64,000 nt of DNA from Macrostomum hystrix (Eukaryota; Animalia; Platyhelminthes): NCBI GenBank assembly GCA_950097015.1, contig CATNEN010000011.1, positions 5,208,001 through 5,272,000 on the forward strand, in the 5' to 3' direction. Made by a program: the position numbers and the translations under genes. Below are positions 13,321 to 27,688 of the stretch, in pieces. Each line of letters starts with the position of its first letter. Within the stretch, counting starts at the first letter, position 1. The notes under the pieces were generated by a model. The model was not told the DNA's origin and did not search any database. It saw only the letters and a list, made by a program, of their open reading frames with translations.

Positions 13321-13710
13321 TATTTTGCCGCCCGTTTTTATAACAAGGGGGGCGAATCTCCCCCTCTCACATGAACATTGTTAGGTAGCTAGCAGCGTTG
13401 GGTGGTGACTGATTGGTTGACAGACTAGGCGATGGTGTCCTGCGGTTGAGCTGCGCCTAATATTTAGGCTTGATCAGTGAAATCAGTGAAGGTCCAGTAG
13501 TCCGTCTAGATAAAGGTAGGTGACCACCGAAGACGGAGATGCTGCAGGCACATTCGGGTGACATGCTGATAAGTTTTGAAGGCCTGGCAAGGCCGCACTG
13601 AGGCACAGTGTTAATTTGTGTGTATGAAGGGGCGACTTAATTGATTCTTGTTTCAGAAGATGCGCAACAAAAAGTTGGCCGTGGTCTTGAGTTTCGTGTG
13701 CTTTAACCGT
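13321..13710. mobile_element. Dispersed repeat, family A (possibly decayed MULE-like transposase 3' region)
   Basis: Co-linear match to 51905-52420 and partial match to 30590-30700 (shared ccaccgaag...gggtgacatgctgata...tttgaagg). Confidence 0.7.
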
Positions 13711-14890
13711 TAATTTCATTCTGTCAAGAAAAATGCCAGTACAAATAATAGTACTTTGAATAACAATACTCGTTTCTTTTTTAAGTAAAATAATACTTTT
13801 TTGACAAACGCTCATAAAACTGCCATACTTCACTTCTAAGCTGAAACTCATACGAGCTAATTACTCGCTTTCATAGAAAACAAGTTTAAAAATCGCAGAA
13901 TCACGCAAGTCATAAATCGTTTCCAGATAATACTCGCAATTAGAGGAAGGCATTATATAAAAGCACAATGAACGAACATCAACACAAATTCATATTATTC
14001 GCATAGAGGATTAACATGGCACAAACTGTGAAGTCCACATTGAGAGCCATTTTATATTTCCGGTTGTAAAGCTCGTTTGGTCAAATTATTCACGAATCGA
14101 TAGATCGATCGCGATTAAATAAAAAACCTGTTTTCCAGTTTTTCTCTCCGTTTCAAAATAACAACGAGGCACCATCTCTATAACGAGCAAAACAACAATT
14201 TTTTTAACAAAATTAAAATGTATGATAAGTTTTAAGAATTTCATAAAATTTTAACTGCATTTGATTGACTTTTCAACGCGATAAAACTAGTATTCTATAA
14301 ATTATTTTTATTGTAAGTCAAGGAAATGAAGTTGCTCTAATTTTACGAACTACAAAGCAGCGAAAAATGAAAACTATGAACTACGTTAGAAATCTGAATA
14401 AAAAGGTACAGAAAACAAACAAAAAATTTGACAATCAAACTAAAAGACGATCAAACGAAAGAGTCCAGTTTTTTCTCTGAAATAGTAGATTTTATTAACA
14501 CACTTGAAATTTATACAAATTTATTTCGCACGCACGGCGTTTCAAATAAACGAATAAACAAAATTACTTTTTTGACGGTTTAAAATATTTTTTTTCTGAA
14601 AATATTCACCGCAACAAAAAGTGAATCACTCCTGTTTTGTGTGCACATCATAATAAGCACACACTGTCTGATGGGAAGACAGTGTACAAGAAGTGTCCTT
14701 CCCTTGTACTCGTACTTAGGTAGCAAACAGACAGTCTTCAAAACTATACAACATGGAGAGCGTTAGACTGCGTAAAATATATCTAATCTAGTTCTAGTAG
14801 ACTAGAACGAGTACTAGTAAATAACAATAAATACTCGTAGTTAGAAGTTTGTTCAAAAATTAAGCAAACAATTGCTGTCTGCCTTGCTGA

Positions 14891-16955
<2,065 letters not shown>

Positions 16956-17469
16956 CGAGAATGAGTGGACACATGGGCAAGGTATGCCTCAGGCGCAGGT
17001 GCAAGCAACAGCAACAGGGAGTGTGCGTGAACAATTAGCCTAGAAAACGGATTTTCGCATTTCGTGTTGAAGGCGTAGTAGACCATGGCTAAAATTAACA
17101 CTGGATATGTCGTCACCAGCGGTTGCCTATATAAAAAAACTCCGATTGCAAGGCCTGGGTTTTTATTTCGCCCATTTTTACCACCTAGTGCGCAATTTTT
17201 AGCCAGATTTCCTCGTTAATTGGTTTCTCAAAATGCTAAATAAGCAATAAAACAGTCTTCTCTACAATCAAAAGCGCTGTTTGCCTGCGAACATCATTAA
17301 AGCTAAATTTGGGCGGGGCGAAATAAAAACTTGCCCAACTGATAATTTCGTAGCGATTTATTGAAAAATATCATGGCAACTTTACTTAAAGTAAATGTAG
17401 ATTTCTTACACTACTCGGGCAAAAAAGCAGCAGACTGCTAAATCTCCAGATATTGGGTAAAACATTCTC

Positions 17470-17850
17470 CCAGATCCTCAGGTTGTCCTAAATTATCCTA
17501 GATATCCTCATGTTGTCCTAAATTATCCTAGATCCTCAGTCCTAAATTATCCTGGATACTCAGGTTGTCCTAAATTATCCTAGATCCTCAGATTGTCCTA
17601 AATTATCCTAGATACTCAGGTTGGCTATCATTCTCCCAGATCCTCAGGTTGTCCTAAATTCTCCTAGATCCTCAGGGTGTCCTAAATTCTCCCAGATCCT
17701 CAGGTTGTCCTAAGTTCTCCCAGATCCTCAGGTTGTCCTAAATTGTCCCAGATCCTTGATTTATGTCAAACATTCTCCCAGATCCTGATATTGAGTTAAA
17801 AATTCGCCCAGATCCTTAGATTGCACAACATTTTCCTAGATCCTCAGTTT
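17470..17850 (+). repeat. ~29-bp degenerate minisatellite (ctcaggttgtcctaaattatcctagatc)
   Basis: Tandem copies. Confidence 0.85.
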
Positions 17851-18239
17851 GGTCAACGCAAAATTCCTCCCATTGTGGCACGACAAAAAGCAGAATAAAT
17901 AAAGACTTTGACTAACAGTCAACGGTTGAACTAGCTGTACCTTGATCGATGAGTACCACATTGAGTTGAGCATTGTCAGACATATTTGCTAATATAGATC
18001 TCTCTTTTCAGATTCCTAGAAATTTTCTTCTTGGGCCGCTGAAGTTACAGACAACTGTTATTTATCTAGAAAAAATTTCGTCTAGTAAAATCGAGAACAT
18101 TTTTTTATAATCCTTAAATTTTATTGGAGGCGAGATTTATTTGGGAATCTCAGTCACTGTCCAATCGGAGCAGGGCCATTTATTGGGGAGACTTCAGCCT
18201 AAATTTCTGAGATTGATGCACAAGTGATTTCTGGGGGCA

Positions 18240-18920
18240 TCGCACAGGTGATTTCTGATGATTTTGCACAGGTGATTTCTTAGATTGTAGCACGGGTAAA
18301 CAGGTGATTTCTAAGACTGTTGTACAGGTGAACAGGTGATTTCTTAGAGTGTGGTACAGGTGAACAGGTGATTTCTTAGATTGTACCACGGGTAAACAGG
18401 TGATTTCTTAGATTGTAGCACGGGTAAACAGGTGATTTCTTCGACTGTTGTACAGGTGAACAGGTGATTTCTTAGAGTGTGGTACAGGTGAACAGGTGAT
18501 TTCTTAGATTGTAGCACGGGTAAACAGGTTATTTCTTCGACTGTTGTACAGGTGAACAGGTGATTTCTTAGAGTGTGGTACAGGTGAACAGGTGATTTCT
18601 TAGATTGTAGCACGGGTAAACAGGTGATTTCTTCGACTGTTGTACAGGTGAACAGGTGATTTCTTAGAGTGTGGTACAGGTGAACAGGTGATTTCTTAGA
18701 TTGTAGCACGGGTAAACAGGTGATTTCTTAGATTGTAGCACGGGTAAACAGGTGATTTCTTCGACTGTTGTACAGGTGAACACGTGATTTCTGAGACTGT
18801 GGCACAGGTGAACACGTGATTTCTGAGACTGTGGCACAGGTGAACACGTGACTTCAGAGACTGTGGCACACGTGAACACGTGATTTCTGAGACTGTGACA
18901 CAGTTGAACAGGTGATTTCT
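18240..18920 (+). repeat. ~32-bp minisatellite with higher-order alternation (caggtgatttct...)
   Basis: Tandem copies; three variants alternate. Confidence 0.9.
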
Positions 18921-20209
18921 GGAACAGAAGCGGCTGTGGTTGAAGTCCTTACTCAAACAACCTCTTCAAGTACTGGATGAAGAATTCTCATAGATGCATG
19001 CCGCGCTGTTTTTCAACGCATATACCGAATTACTCAATCAGTTCGCTGATAAAACTGAATAAAAATTCGTTCGCTGCTGCAGCAAAATCGGGTCAAAGCA
19101 AGCAAAAATGATTGCCGCCTCAACTGGGGGCCGACAAAGCACCTGGATTCGTAATCGCTTGCGCAGCTCTCAGTGCGTCTGAGAATCGTCAAAGGATAAA
19201 TAAACAGGTGGCGTAAATGATTTTAATTATCCGAGATTATCAGACCTATGGAGCAAATGAAGAATAAAAAATCCCCTAGTAAATAGGATGTTGCTTGACC
19301 AATTGTTCCATACATTGGTGTAGGTGGAATGGAAGAGCTGAGGGACCAATTGTGTGAAACGCCACTTATACGCTAGTGGTTGCATGGGTCACTTTCAGCA
19401 AGTGGAAATCGGTTTCCGACCGAAACATTTAGGAGAATCGAGTTGAGACATGCGAAGCTAAGAAGAGGAGAACTTTTCTATCCTAGGGTGTGAAGATTTA
19501 GAGATATTAATGATTTGTCACACGTCTGCTTTTCATTCTCCCAGATCCTCAGTTTGTTCATACTTTTATCAGATCCCCAAATACAAATGTTTTTCCCTAG
19601 ATCCTAAATATTGTTCATAATTCTCCTAGATTCCTAGATAATCAGAGCCCATCTGTTCAACCTAGATTCTCCCAGATCCTCATTTCTCCCTTTTTGCTAA
19701 TAATTATCCTACATCATCAGATCACATGTGTTTGCAAATTATTATCCCAGATCCCCATTTATGATCAGACCCCAAATGATCAGATCCCATTTTGCTAATA
19801 ATTATCTTAATTGATCACATCCCATTTTTGCTAATAATTATCCCAAATGATCAGAACCCATTTTTGCTAATAATTACCCCAAATGATCAGAACCCTTTTT
19901 TGCTAATAATTATCCCAAATGATCAGATCCCCATTTTTACAAATAATTATCCTACATCATCGGATCCCATGTGTTTGCACATGATTGTCCTAGATCCTCA
20001 GATCCCCATTTTTGCTAATAATTATCCCAGGTGATCAGATGCCATGCGTTAGCAAATGATTGTCCCAGATCCGAAAAAGTAAATAAAATATATTTTTGTA
20101 TTCATAAGTGAGCTTGTATACGTTATATTGTTAGAAAACTAGTTTTAATTGAAAATAAGGTGGTTTTCAAAGAAAAAACCTAAGAAAGTAGACAATGTCC
20201 TTGAGGAGA

Positions 20210-20745
20210 GTGGGAGATAAGAGGAGAGGAGAGAGGGAGATAAGAGGAGAGAGGGAGATAATAGAGAGAGGGATATAAGAGAAGAGAGGGAGATAAGAGA
20301 AGAGAGGGAGACAAGAGAAGAGAGGGAGATAAGAGAAGAGAGGGAGATAAGAGAGAGAGAGGGAGAGGGAGATAAGAGAGAGAGGGAGAGATAAGAGAGA
20401 GAGGGAGACAGGGAGAGAGAGAGAGAGGGAGAGGGAAATAAGAGAGAGAGGGAGAGATAAGAGAGAGAGGGAGACAGGGAGAGAGAGAGAGAGGGAGATA
20501 AGAGAAGAGAGGGGGGAGATAAGAGAGAGAGGGTGATAAGTGGAGAGAGGGAGATAAGAGAGAGAGAGAGGGAGATAAGAGAAGAGATAGAGGGAGATAA
20601 GAGAAGAGAGAGGGAGATAAGAGAGAGAGGGAGATAAGAGAAGAGAGGGAGACAAGAGAAGAGAGAGGGAGATAAGAGAAGAGAGAGGGAGATAAGAGAG
20701 AGAGGGTGATAAGTGGAGAGAGGGAGATAAGAGAGAGAAAGGGAG
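20210..20745 (+). repeat. GA-rich low-complexity minisatellite (gagagggagataaga...)
   Basis: Purine-rich tandem repeats. Confidence 0.9.
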
Positions 20746-21317
20746 GAGGACCAAGGATAGCTGCAAAAGTAGAACTGTATCAAGCGAGCGTGTTATTTCT
20801 TACTCAAGAGAAGGCGAGCGCGAGTGGTTTCTCAAAACAAAGCGCGCAGTTTATTTATTGAATGCATTCCTGTTGGTATGACTGGCAACATTTGTCTAGA
20901 AAAAAAAGAAAAATTTTTCGATTCTAAACAGCATTCTGGCACTTTTAATTGCCGAACAGTATGCGCTGCAGTGCCTAACTATATCTGACACATGGTACAG
21001 GAATTGGCACAGAAACTACCGCGATAGAAAATGCATTAGCACACAATTAATAACAAATCGGTTTACAGTATTAACAAGCTTCGATATTAGACAGGGTGTC
21101 CAATGGCCGTTGAGGCTGATGCAGCTTTTCTCTCTGATATTTCTTATCACGCAAAAAGTCAACTGTTAAGAATTTTCTACTAAAAACGGAAACAAAAATA
21201 TTGATATTATTGAGCAAAAATTGCATAGCATATATAAACAATCTGTACATATTGGCGTGCGGATATTGGATCATCAAACCCAACTGGCTACAGAATAGAA
21301 AAAATAATGCTCTAGTA

Positions 21318-21903
21318 CGGGGGTTGGCAAACTTAAGTAGAGAGATGAGCCACATGATACATAAGACAGGGGAGAGATGAGTCACATGATAGATAAGACA
21401 GGGGAGAGATGAGTCACATGATACATAAGACAGGGAAGAGATGAGTCACATGATAGATAAGACACGGGAGAGATGAGTCACATGATAGATAAGACAGGGG
21501 AGAGATGAGTCACATGATAGATAAGACAGGGGAGAGATGAGCCACATGATAGATAAGACAGGGGAGAGATGAGTCACATGATACATAAGACAGGGAAGAG
21601 ATGAGTCACATGATAGATAAGACACGGGAGAGATGAGTCACATGATAGATAAGACAGGGGAGAGATGATTCACATGATAGATAAGACAGGGGAGAGATGA
21701 GTCACATGATAGATAAGACAGGTGAGAGATGAGACAGGGGAGAGATAAGACAGGAGAGATAAGACATGGGAGAGATGAGACATCGATCTCCAATTGAGCG
21801 AGAGATGAGACAGGATACAATAAGTGTTGGAAGGGGCAACTGGCCGGATTTGGGAGCATCGAGGGCCGCATCTGGCCCGTGGGCCGGAGTTTGCCGACCC
21901 CTG
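21318..21903. mobile_element. hAT-type MITE containing an internal ~32-bp minisatellite
   Basis: Termini cgggggttggcaaact (21318) and agtttgccgacccctg (ends 21903) are imperfect inverted repeats. 8-bp flanks ctctagta / ctttagta match 7 of 8. Array (gagagatgagtcacatgatagataagacaggg)n lies at ~21340-21780. Confidence 0.75.
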
Positions 21904-22389
21904 CTTTAGTACTACAAGCAAATGTCGAAAACAAAAATGCTTGCCTCCCTTCTGCTAGAAGCAAATAGACAGACAATCTTATCTGAATATCAAATTCCCA
22001 ATGCTCTCTCTACTAAATTTAATCATTTGGCGCCATGAATTTGGATATATACCCGATTCACTTCAAGATTCACCCTCCAGAGGTTTTTATACTCAAAATC
22101 TCACCCTCCTAGTCCTAGGATTGTATAATCAAAATCTCACCCTCCTAGGGATTGTATAATCAAAATCTCAGCCTCCTACAGATTTGGTTATCAAAATCTC
22201 ACCCTCTTACGGATTTCGTAATCAAAATGTCACTATCTTAGAAACTTGACAAATAAAATTTCACCACAACGGGGAATTAGCAAACATCCCTTATGGTCAC
22301 ATTTGATTTAAAAAACTATCATTTCTTTTGGGATTAAAATAATGCGAATTCCAGTGTCGCTCGATTCTCTCTAGATGTTGAAAATATCT

Positions 22390-25246
22390 CTAGATTCGCA
22401 AAGCTGCGGCAGCCAAGCTAGCTAGCATTGAGTCCAGACTCAAGCGTTTCAAAGGATCAGGCCGTAGCAGCTGCAGCACCAGGCCATAGAGAAACTGGTC
22501 CATATTGTCGGGCTTGTCAATGTGCCCAGTCTCCAGCAGTCGGAATCGATCCGGTCCATCGATCACGCTGTCCGTGGACGCTGGCACGCGCTTTCCGGCC
22601 GACTCAATCAGGCACAGGCCTAGAGAGAAATTGTCAACTAGGCGAGTATCCGGATGTTCGGTGAGGTCCAGAGCATCCATCGGCATGAACCTGCCAGTGC
22701 CGTCCTCCAGGTTATCGACGTCGCGCCAGTCGCCAGCATGGCCAAAGTCGCCCAGCTTGAATACTAAGCGTTCTAGTCGCGATTCGGCTAATCGACTAAT
22801 CGTAGACCGGCGAATTGAAGGCGAAATATTAGGCGGCAGATTAGTGCGCGGAGCTTTTAACAATAGATTGCCAGTGCTGCAGTCAAGGTGGGCTAAGCCC
22901 TCTGAGTGCATATAGTGCAGAGCTGAGCCAATCTCCGATGCCAACTGCAGCTGACGATGCTGAGGCAGATAAAGCCGCTGATTGTCCTCACCTTCACCGG
23001 CTAGATAGCTGGCCAGGCACAGGCCGTTACAGAATTCCAGCTGAATGTACAGTCGATCAAACTGCACCCAGCAGCCGTAGTAGGACAGGATGTTCGGATG
23101 CCTTTCAGTGAGACTGGCCATTGCCCACACCTCCTGGATGCGACCGGGTGGGGTTGTGGCTGCTGATTGGATACCAGGGTACTCGATACTCTTGTATTAC
23201 CCCGCGTCTCTTCATTTCCCTCAACCTGCGTCTCTTCAGTCTCCCCACCCTGCGTCTCTCCAGTCTCCCCACCCTGCGTCTCTTCAGTCTCCCCAACCTG
23301 CGTCTCTCCAGTCTCCCCACCCTGCGTCTCTTTATTTCCCTCACCCTGTGTCTCTTTATTTCCCTGACCCTGCGTCTCTTTATTTCCCTCACCCTGCGTC
23401 TCTTCAGTCTCCCCACCCTGCGTCTCTTTATTTTCCTCACCCTGCGTCTCTTCAGTCTCCCCACCCTGCGTCTCTTTATTTTCCTCACCCTGCGTTTCTT
23501 TATTTCCCTGACCCTGCGTCTCTTTATTTCCCTCACCCTGCGTCTCTTCAGTCTCCCCACCCTGCGTCTCTCCAGTCTCCCCACCCTGCGTCTCTCCAGT
23601 CTCCCCACCCTGCGTCTCTTCAGTCTCCCCACCCTGCGTCTCTTCAGTCTCCCCACACTGCGTCTCTTTATTTCCCTCACCCTGCGTCTCTTCATTCCTC
23701 TCACCCTGCGTCTCTTTATTTCCCTCACCCTGCGTCTCTTCAGTCTCCCCACCCTGCGTCTCTTTATTTCCCTCACCCTGCGTCTCTTTATTTCCCTCAC
23801 CCTGCGTCTCTTCAGTCTCCCCACCCTGCGTCTCTTTATTTCCCTCACCCTGCGTCTCTTCATTCCTCTCACCCTGCGTCTCTTTATTTCCCTCACCCTG
23901 CGTCTCTTCATTCCTCTCACCCTGCGTCTCTTCAGTCTCCTCACCCTGCGTCTCTTCATTCCGCTCACCCTGCGTCTTTTCATTTCCATCAACCTGCGTC
24001 TCTTCAGTCTCCTCACCCTGCGTCTTTTCTCCCCCAATCCTGTCTCTACAGTCTTATCTTCGCGAGATTACATATATCAAACAAATCCGAACAATTATTA
24101 GCACAGAAGACACACCTGAATCGCCTCCCTAGCTTGCGTTTGAGCAGTTGGCCCGTCGCGCAATTTAGCAGTCTGAGCAGTCTTGATACAATAGACGCAG
24201 CCGTCCAATCTATTTATAGCTGAGAACACGTAGCCAAACGAGCCGCTAGCCAAAGGCCTAGTATTAGCCTCGTCTGTGAGATCGAACTCCTTAAACAGCC
24301 TGTCCGAATTCACCAGGCGTTCGTCAACAATTCGACCCCAATTTGAGTTGCCGCTGCTGCCACCGCCGCCGCCGCTGCTGCTGCTACCGCTGCCGCCGCA
24401 GCTCAGGCGTCGACGACCTTCCGGCGTGCATCGATTGATGTTGGCACCAGAGAGGCGGCTGAGCGGGCCGGACTGACGGTACTGACGGTACAAGCAAGCC
24501 TGCGAGCTGCGAACTGACCACAGCAGCTGCTCTGATGTCGCCTGCACTGAATGCTGAGAAGTCGATTGCTGCTGCTGCTGCTGCTGAGATCGAGGCGGAG
24601 GCGGCGGCGGCATCAATAACGCATCGGACGCTGTGGAAGCTGCAGGCTTTTTATTATTATTGATAGCTAATTTATCAGACATAAGGTTTTGATCATCGTC
24701 GTCGTCAAAGGTTAGGACGCGATTAATAGCGGTCTCGGGTTCGATTTGCAAACCCGGCTGCTGCTGCTGCTGGCTTGGCCCCAGAATCTTAGCGGGCGCA
24801 GTTCGCAGCGGATTATTACGACAGAATCGCCTAGAAAGCATCTGGCGCTCGTCAGCCAGTAGGCGAAAGAACTGATTGGCCTGTTCGCGAATCTGCGGCA
24901 GCTCGAAGCCGCTGCCGTCGCCTCCTCCGCCGAAATCACCAACGGCTGCGCTGCCAGAGGAGGAAGTCCTTGTAGCCGACGCAGCTGCCACCGGTGCTGG
25001 CGGAGTTACAGGCGACGGCATTGACAACACTGGCACTTTGTGAACCAACGACGAACCGGCAGCTGATCTGAGTCGGCAGAGGCGACCACGCGGAGTGGAA
25101 ACTGGTGGCTGCAGCACTGACGGCGAACTGGGAAGCGGCGGTGTGCTATTGGACACGCAAGCCTCGGCTAGAGATGCTCTGGTTGGCGACTCGCACACCT
25201 CCATAGGGCAGTGCTGCTGCTGCTGCTGCTGCTGCTGCTGTGACAT
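22390..25246 (-). CDS. Wee1-family protein kinase, two exons (24116-25246; 22390-23133)
   Basis: LASGSFGYVFSAINRLDGCVYCIK, AIQ|EVWAMASL..HPNILSYYGCW..DRLYIQLEFCNG, HLDCSTGN, insert, KLGDFGH, EDGTGRFM; matches the Wee1 subdomain pattern. Long low-complexity N-terminus with poly-Q. Phase-0 GT-AG intron 23134-24115. Confidence 0.88.
23200..24030 (+). repeat. 24-bp minisatellite (caccctgcgtctctttatttccct) filling the Wee1-like intron
   Basis: Tandem copies. Confidence 0.96.
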
Positions 25247-25419
25247 GTGCTAGCTATATAAGCTTCAATTTTTCATAAAAAATACTGGCTCAGAACTTGT
25301 AACTTTGCTGAAATCACGATGCATAGTAGCTATATATTTGCAGCGATATAAGGATGTAAGAAATGGAACGACTTCAAGGTTTTTCATTTTAATATTTATT
25401 AATCTAATAGTCTAGTAAT

Positions 25420-25635
25420 TGATTACACCTGCCTTAATTAGGCCAGATGTGCAGCTGACAGCACAGCTGCAGCTATTGCCCGGTACATCAAAAGACTATG
25501 AACGGATGTTCAGTCCATGGACTGGGGGGACGCTACACCCACCCTTATATAATTACCCCAGCTGATGCTAGTACCCATTTAACAGCTGGGCGAACTGAAG
25601 CAATGCACAGTTAAGTGTCTTGCTAATGGACACTT
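25420..25635 (-). mobile_element. SINE, 5'-truncated copy
   Basis: Matches the 3' two-thirds of the copies at 26329-26615 and 62890-63200. Confidence 0.8.
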
Positions 25636-26324
25636 AGTGTTGTAGTATTGAGGAACCATAGTGTTGTATGCCTAACTTCTTAGTAAAGTCTTGATCCCAA
25701 TGATGCCAACAAAGTTGTCCTAGGGCTGTTTGAATGAAAAAATTCAACATGTAACAGGAAAGCTTAACAATGATTAAGACTAAAAGGATATGAACAGTAA
25801 AAAAGAATAACTAAGTAGAGACTGAAAATTAAACATGAACTACATACTTTTCTATAAAAATATTTTGGAAAGTTTAAAAAATGTACCAAAACTGAGTACT
25901 TATAGTAACTTGTAAATTCAAATTCATAACACAAACTTTAAATTGTTAGTTTTTTCTGTGATTAGGAATTTCCTTGTTTCTATTATTTAAAAAAAATCAT
26001 TTAAATATTTTTATTAAAGTATCTTACAGTAAACATGTGCTTAAATCAAACCACTGTACTATTTTACATACTATTTCATTAATAAAAATCTAAGTTTGTA
26101 ATCAGCAATCTTTGGAACCAATAAACAGTAATTAGGCAATAGTGGACTTGCCACTGGCCAATGACAATCCCCCCAGAAAGCTCATCTTGTCCCAATTATG
26201 TGTAACATAACAACATATGCACCTGAATTTAGTTTTAGTGAGCATAAAAAACTAACAAATTTAAGCTTACAGAACCATAAAGAACCAGAATCATCATTTA
26301 AACTCTAGGCCCTAGTGTTTCTGT

Positions 26325-26328
<4 letters not shown>

Positions 26329-26359
<31 letters not shown>

Positions 26360-26615
26360 TGATTACACCTGCCCCACTTGGGCCAAATGTGCAGCCAACA
26401 GCACAGCCACAACTGTTCAGTTCATGGACTGGGGGGACGCCACTCCCACCTTCAATTATCCTAGATGATGCTGGTACCCATTTAACAGCTGGGTGAGCTA
26501 AAGCAATGCAGAGTTAAGTGTCTTGCTAAAGGACACAAATTGTTCCAGTGGAGTCAGGAATCAAACCCCCAACCTTCAAGTAGTGAGTCCGACGCCCTAA
26601 CCACTAGGCTACAAC
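26329..26615 (-). mobile_element. tRNA-derived SINE, full length with (ATT)n tail
   Basis: Reverse complement shows A-box/B-box-like head (tagcctagtggttagggcg...ggtttgattcc), central tgtgtcctttagcaagacacttaact...acccagctgttaaatgggtacc, and an (ATT)n tail. Confidence 0.85.
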
Positions 26616-27483
26616 CTCTCTGGCTACAACCTCAAATGTACAGTTGATTCTGTTTAATGCAACTGTGCATTATATTGTTTAAATTGACATCTTAATTAAT
26701 TATCACAGTATAGTCATTACTAGGCCTAACATCAGCTGCAGTGATTCAAACTGGGTGTATTTAAGACATTAAAGTTTAAAAAAATTATATTCTTAAATAA
26801 AATCTACAAGGCCAATCCAACAATAGGCCAATATTTTGAAGAAGAACATGTCCAAATTTTTAATTGAAATAAAATGATTTTTCTATAACAGACTTACTTT
26901 TTTCAAAAGTAAAAATTTCTTACAGGCTTTGGTAAAAAAGTTGAAAGTCAGAAAAATCTAAATTAAAATAAATACTTCTGACTATCTTTAGGCCTAACTG
27001 TAGCTGCCTTATAAGTTTCAAGGCACTTATTCAGGAAAAATTGCAATTCAGACAAAAAAGATAGGATAGGCCTAACTAAAATATTAACAAAATGAAAAAA
27101 AATGCTAGAAACCAGCCCCTAGCTGTTATAAAAAAGACCCTCTTCTAAGGCTGCTGGTGTAGGGCATGGTGTAGGGCATGGTGTAGGTCCAGGCTATGCT
27201 ATCCATATGAAGAACCATAATAAACATATTCCTACTGTCTTCTGAATTTCAATTTTTTGAATTGGCTTACCATTCAATTGCAATAGTCAAATTAGTGAAG
27301 GAAGTTTAAAATATATAAATATTGCAACTTGCAACAAGTAGGTAGGGCCTAAAGTATTAAAGATAGTGTTCTTTAGCCTATAGGCCTAATAAGTGTTACG
27401 CCTAAACTATATTTAAGTAAGATAAGATCTACAAACCCTATTCAATTTTTAAGCTGTAAAGTTTGCCTAAAAGTTCTTACACA

Positions 27484-27688
27484 TTTTCCAATCAATTTCA
27501 ACAAATCGACTGTTCAATTTAGACAAGTCAAATTATTTTTGACAGTTTATTTTAAGACCTTTTATATATACAAATAGGATTTACATATGTCTAATTTGAA
27601 TCTTCAAATGCTGGTTTTAAAATACTTTCGAAAATTAATGTTGAGTTGTCTAAATTGAACATCGGATTTGTTGAAATTATAAGGAAAC
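27484..27688. mobile_element. Small fold-back/MITE-like element
   Basis: ~42-bp imperfect inverted arms at 27494-27535 and 27636-27678 (aatttcaacaaatc...tgttcaatttagacaa). Confidence 0.55.

Noticed and set aside
23090-24223. Arg/Lys-rich protamine-like and PHPASL ORFs
   Set aside because: They arise from the 24-bp array inside the Wee1-like intron.
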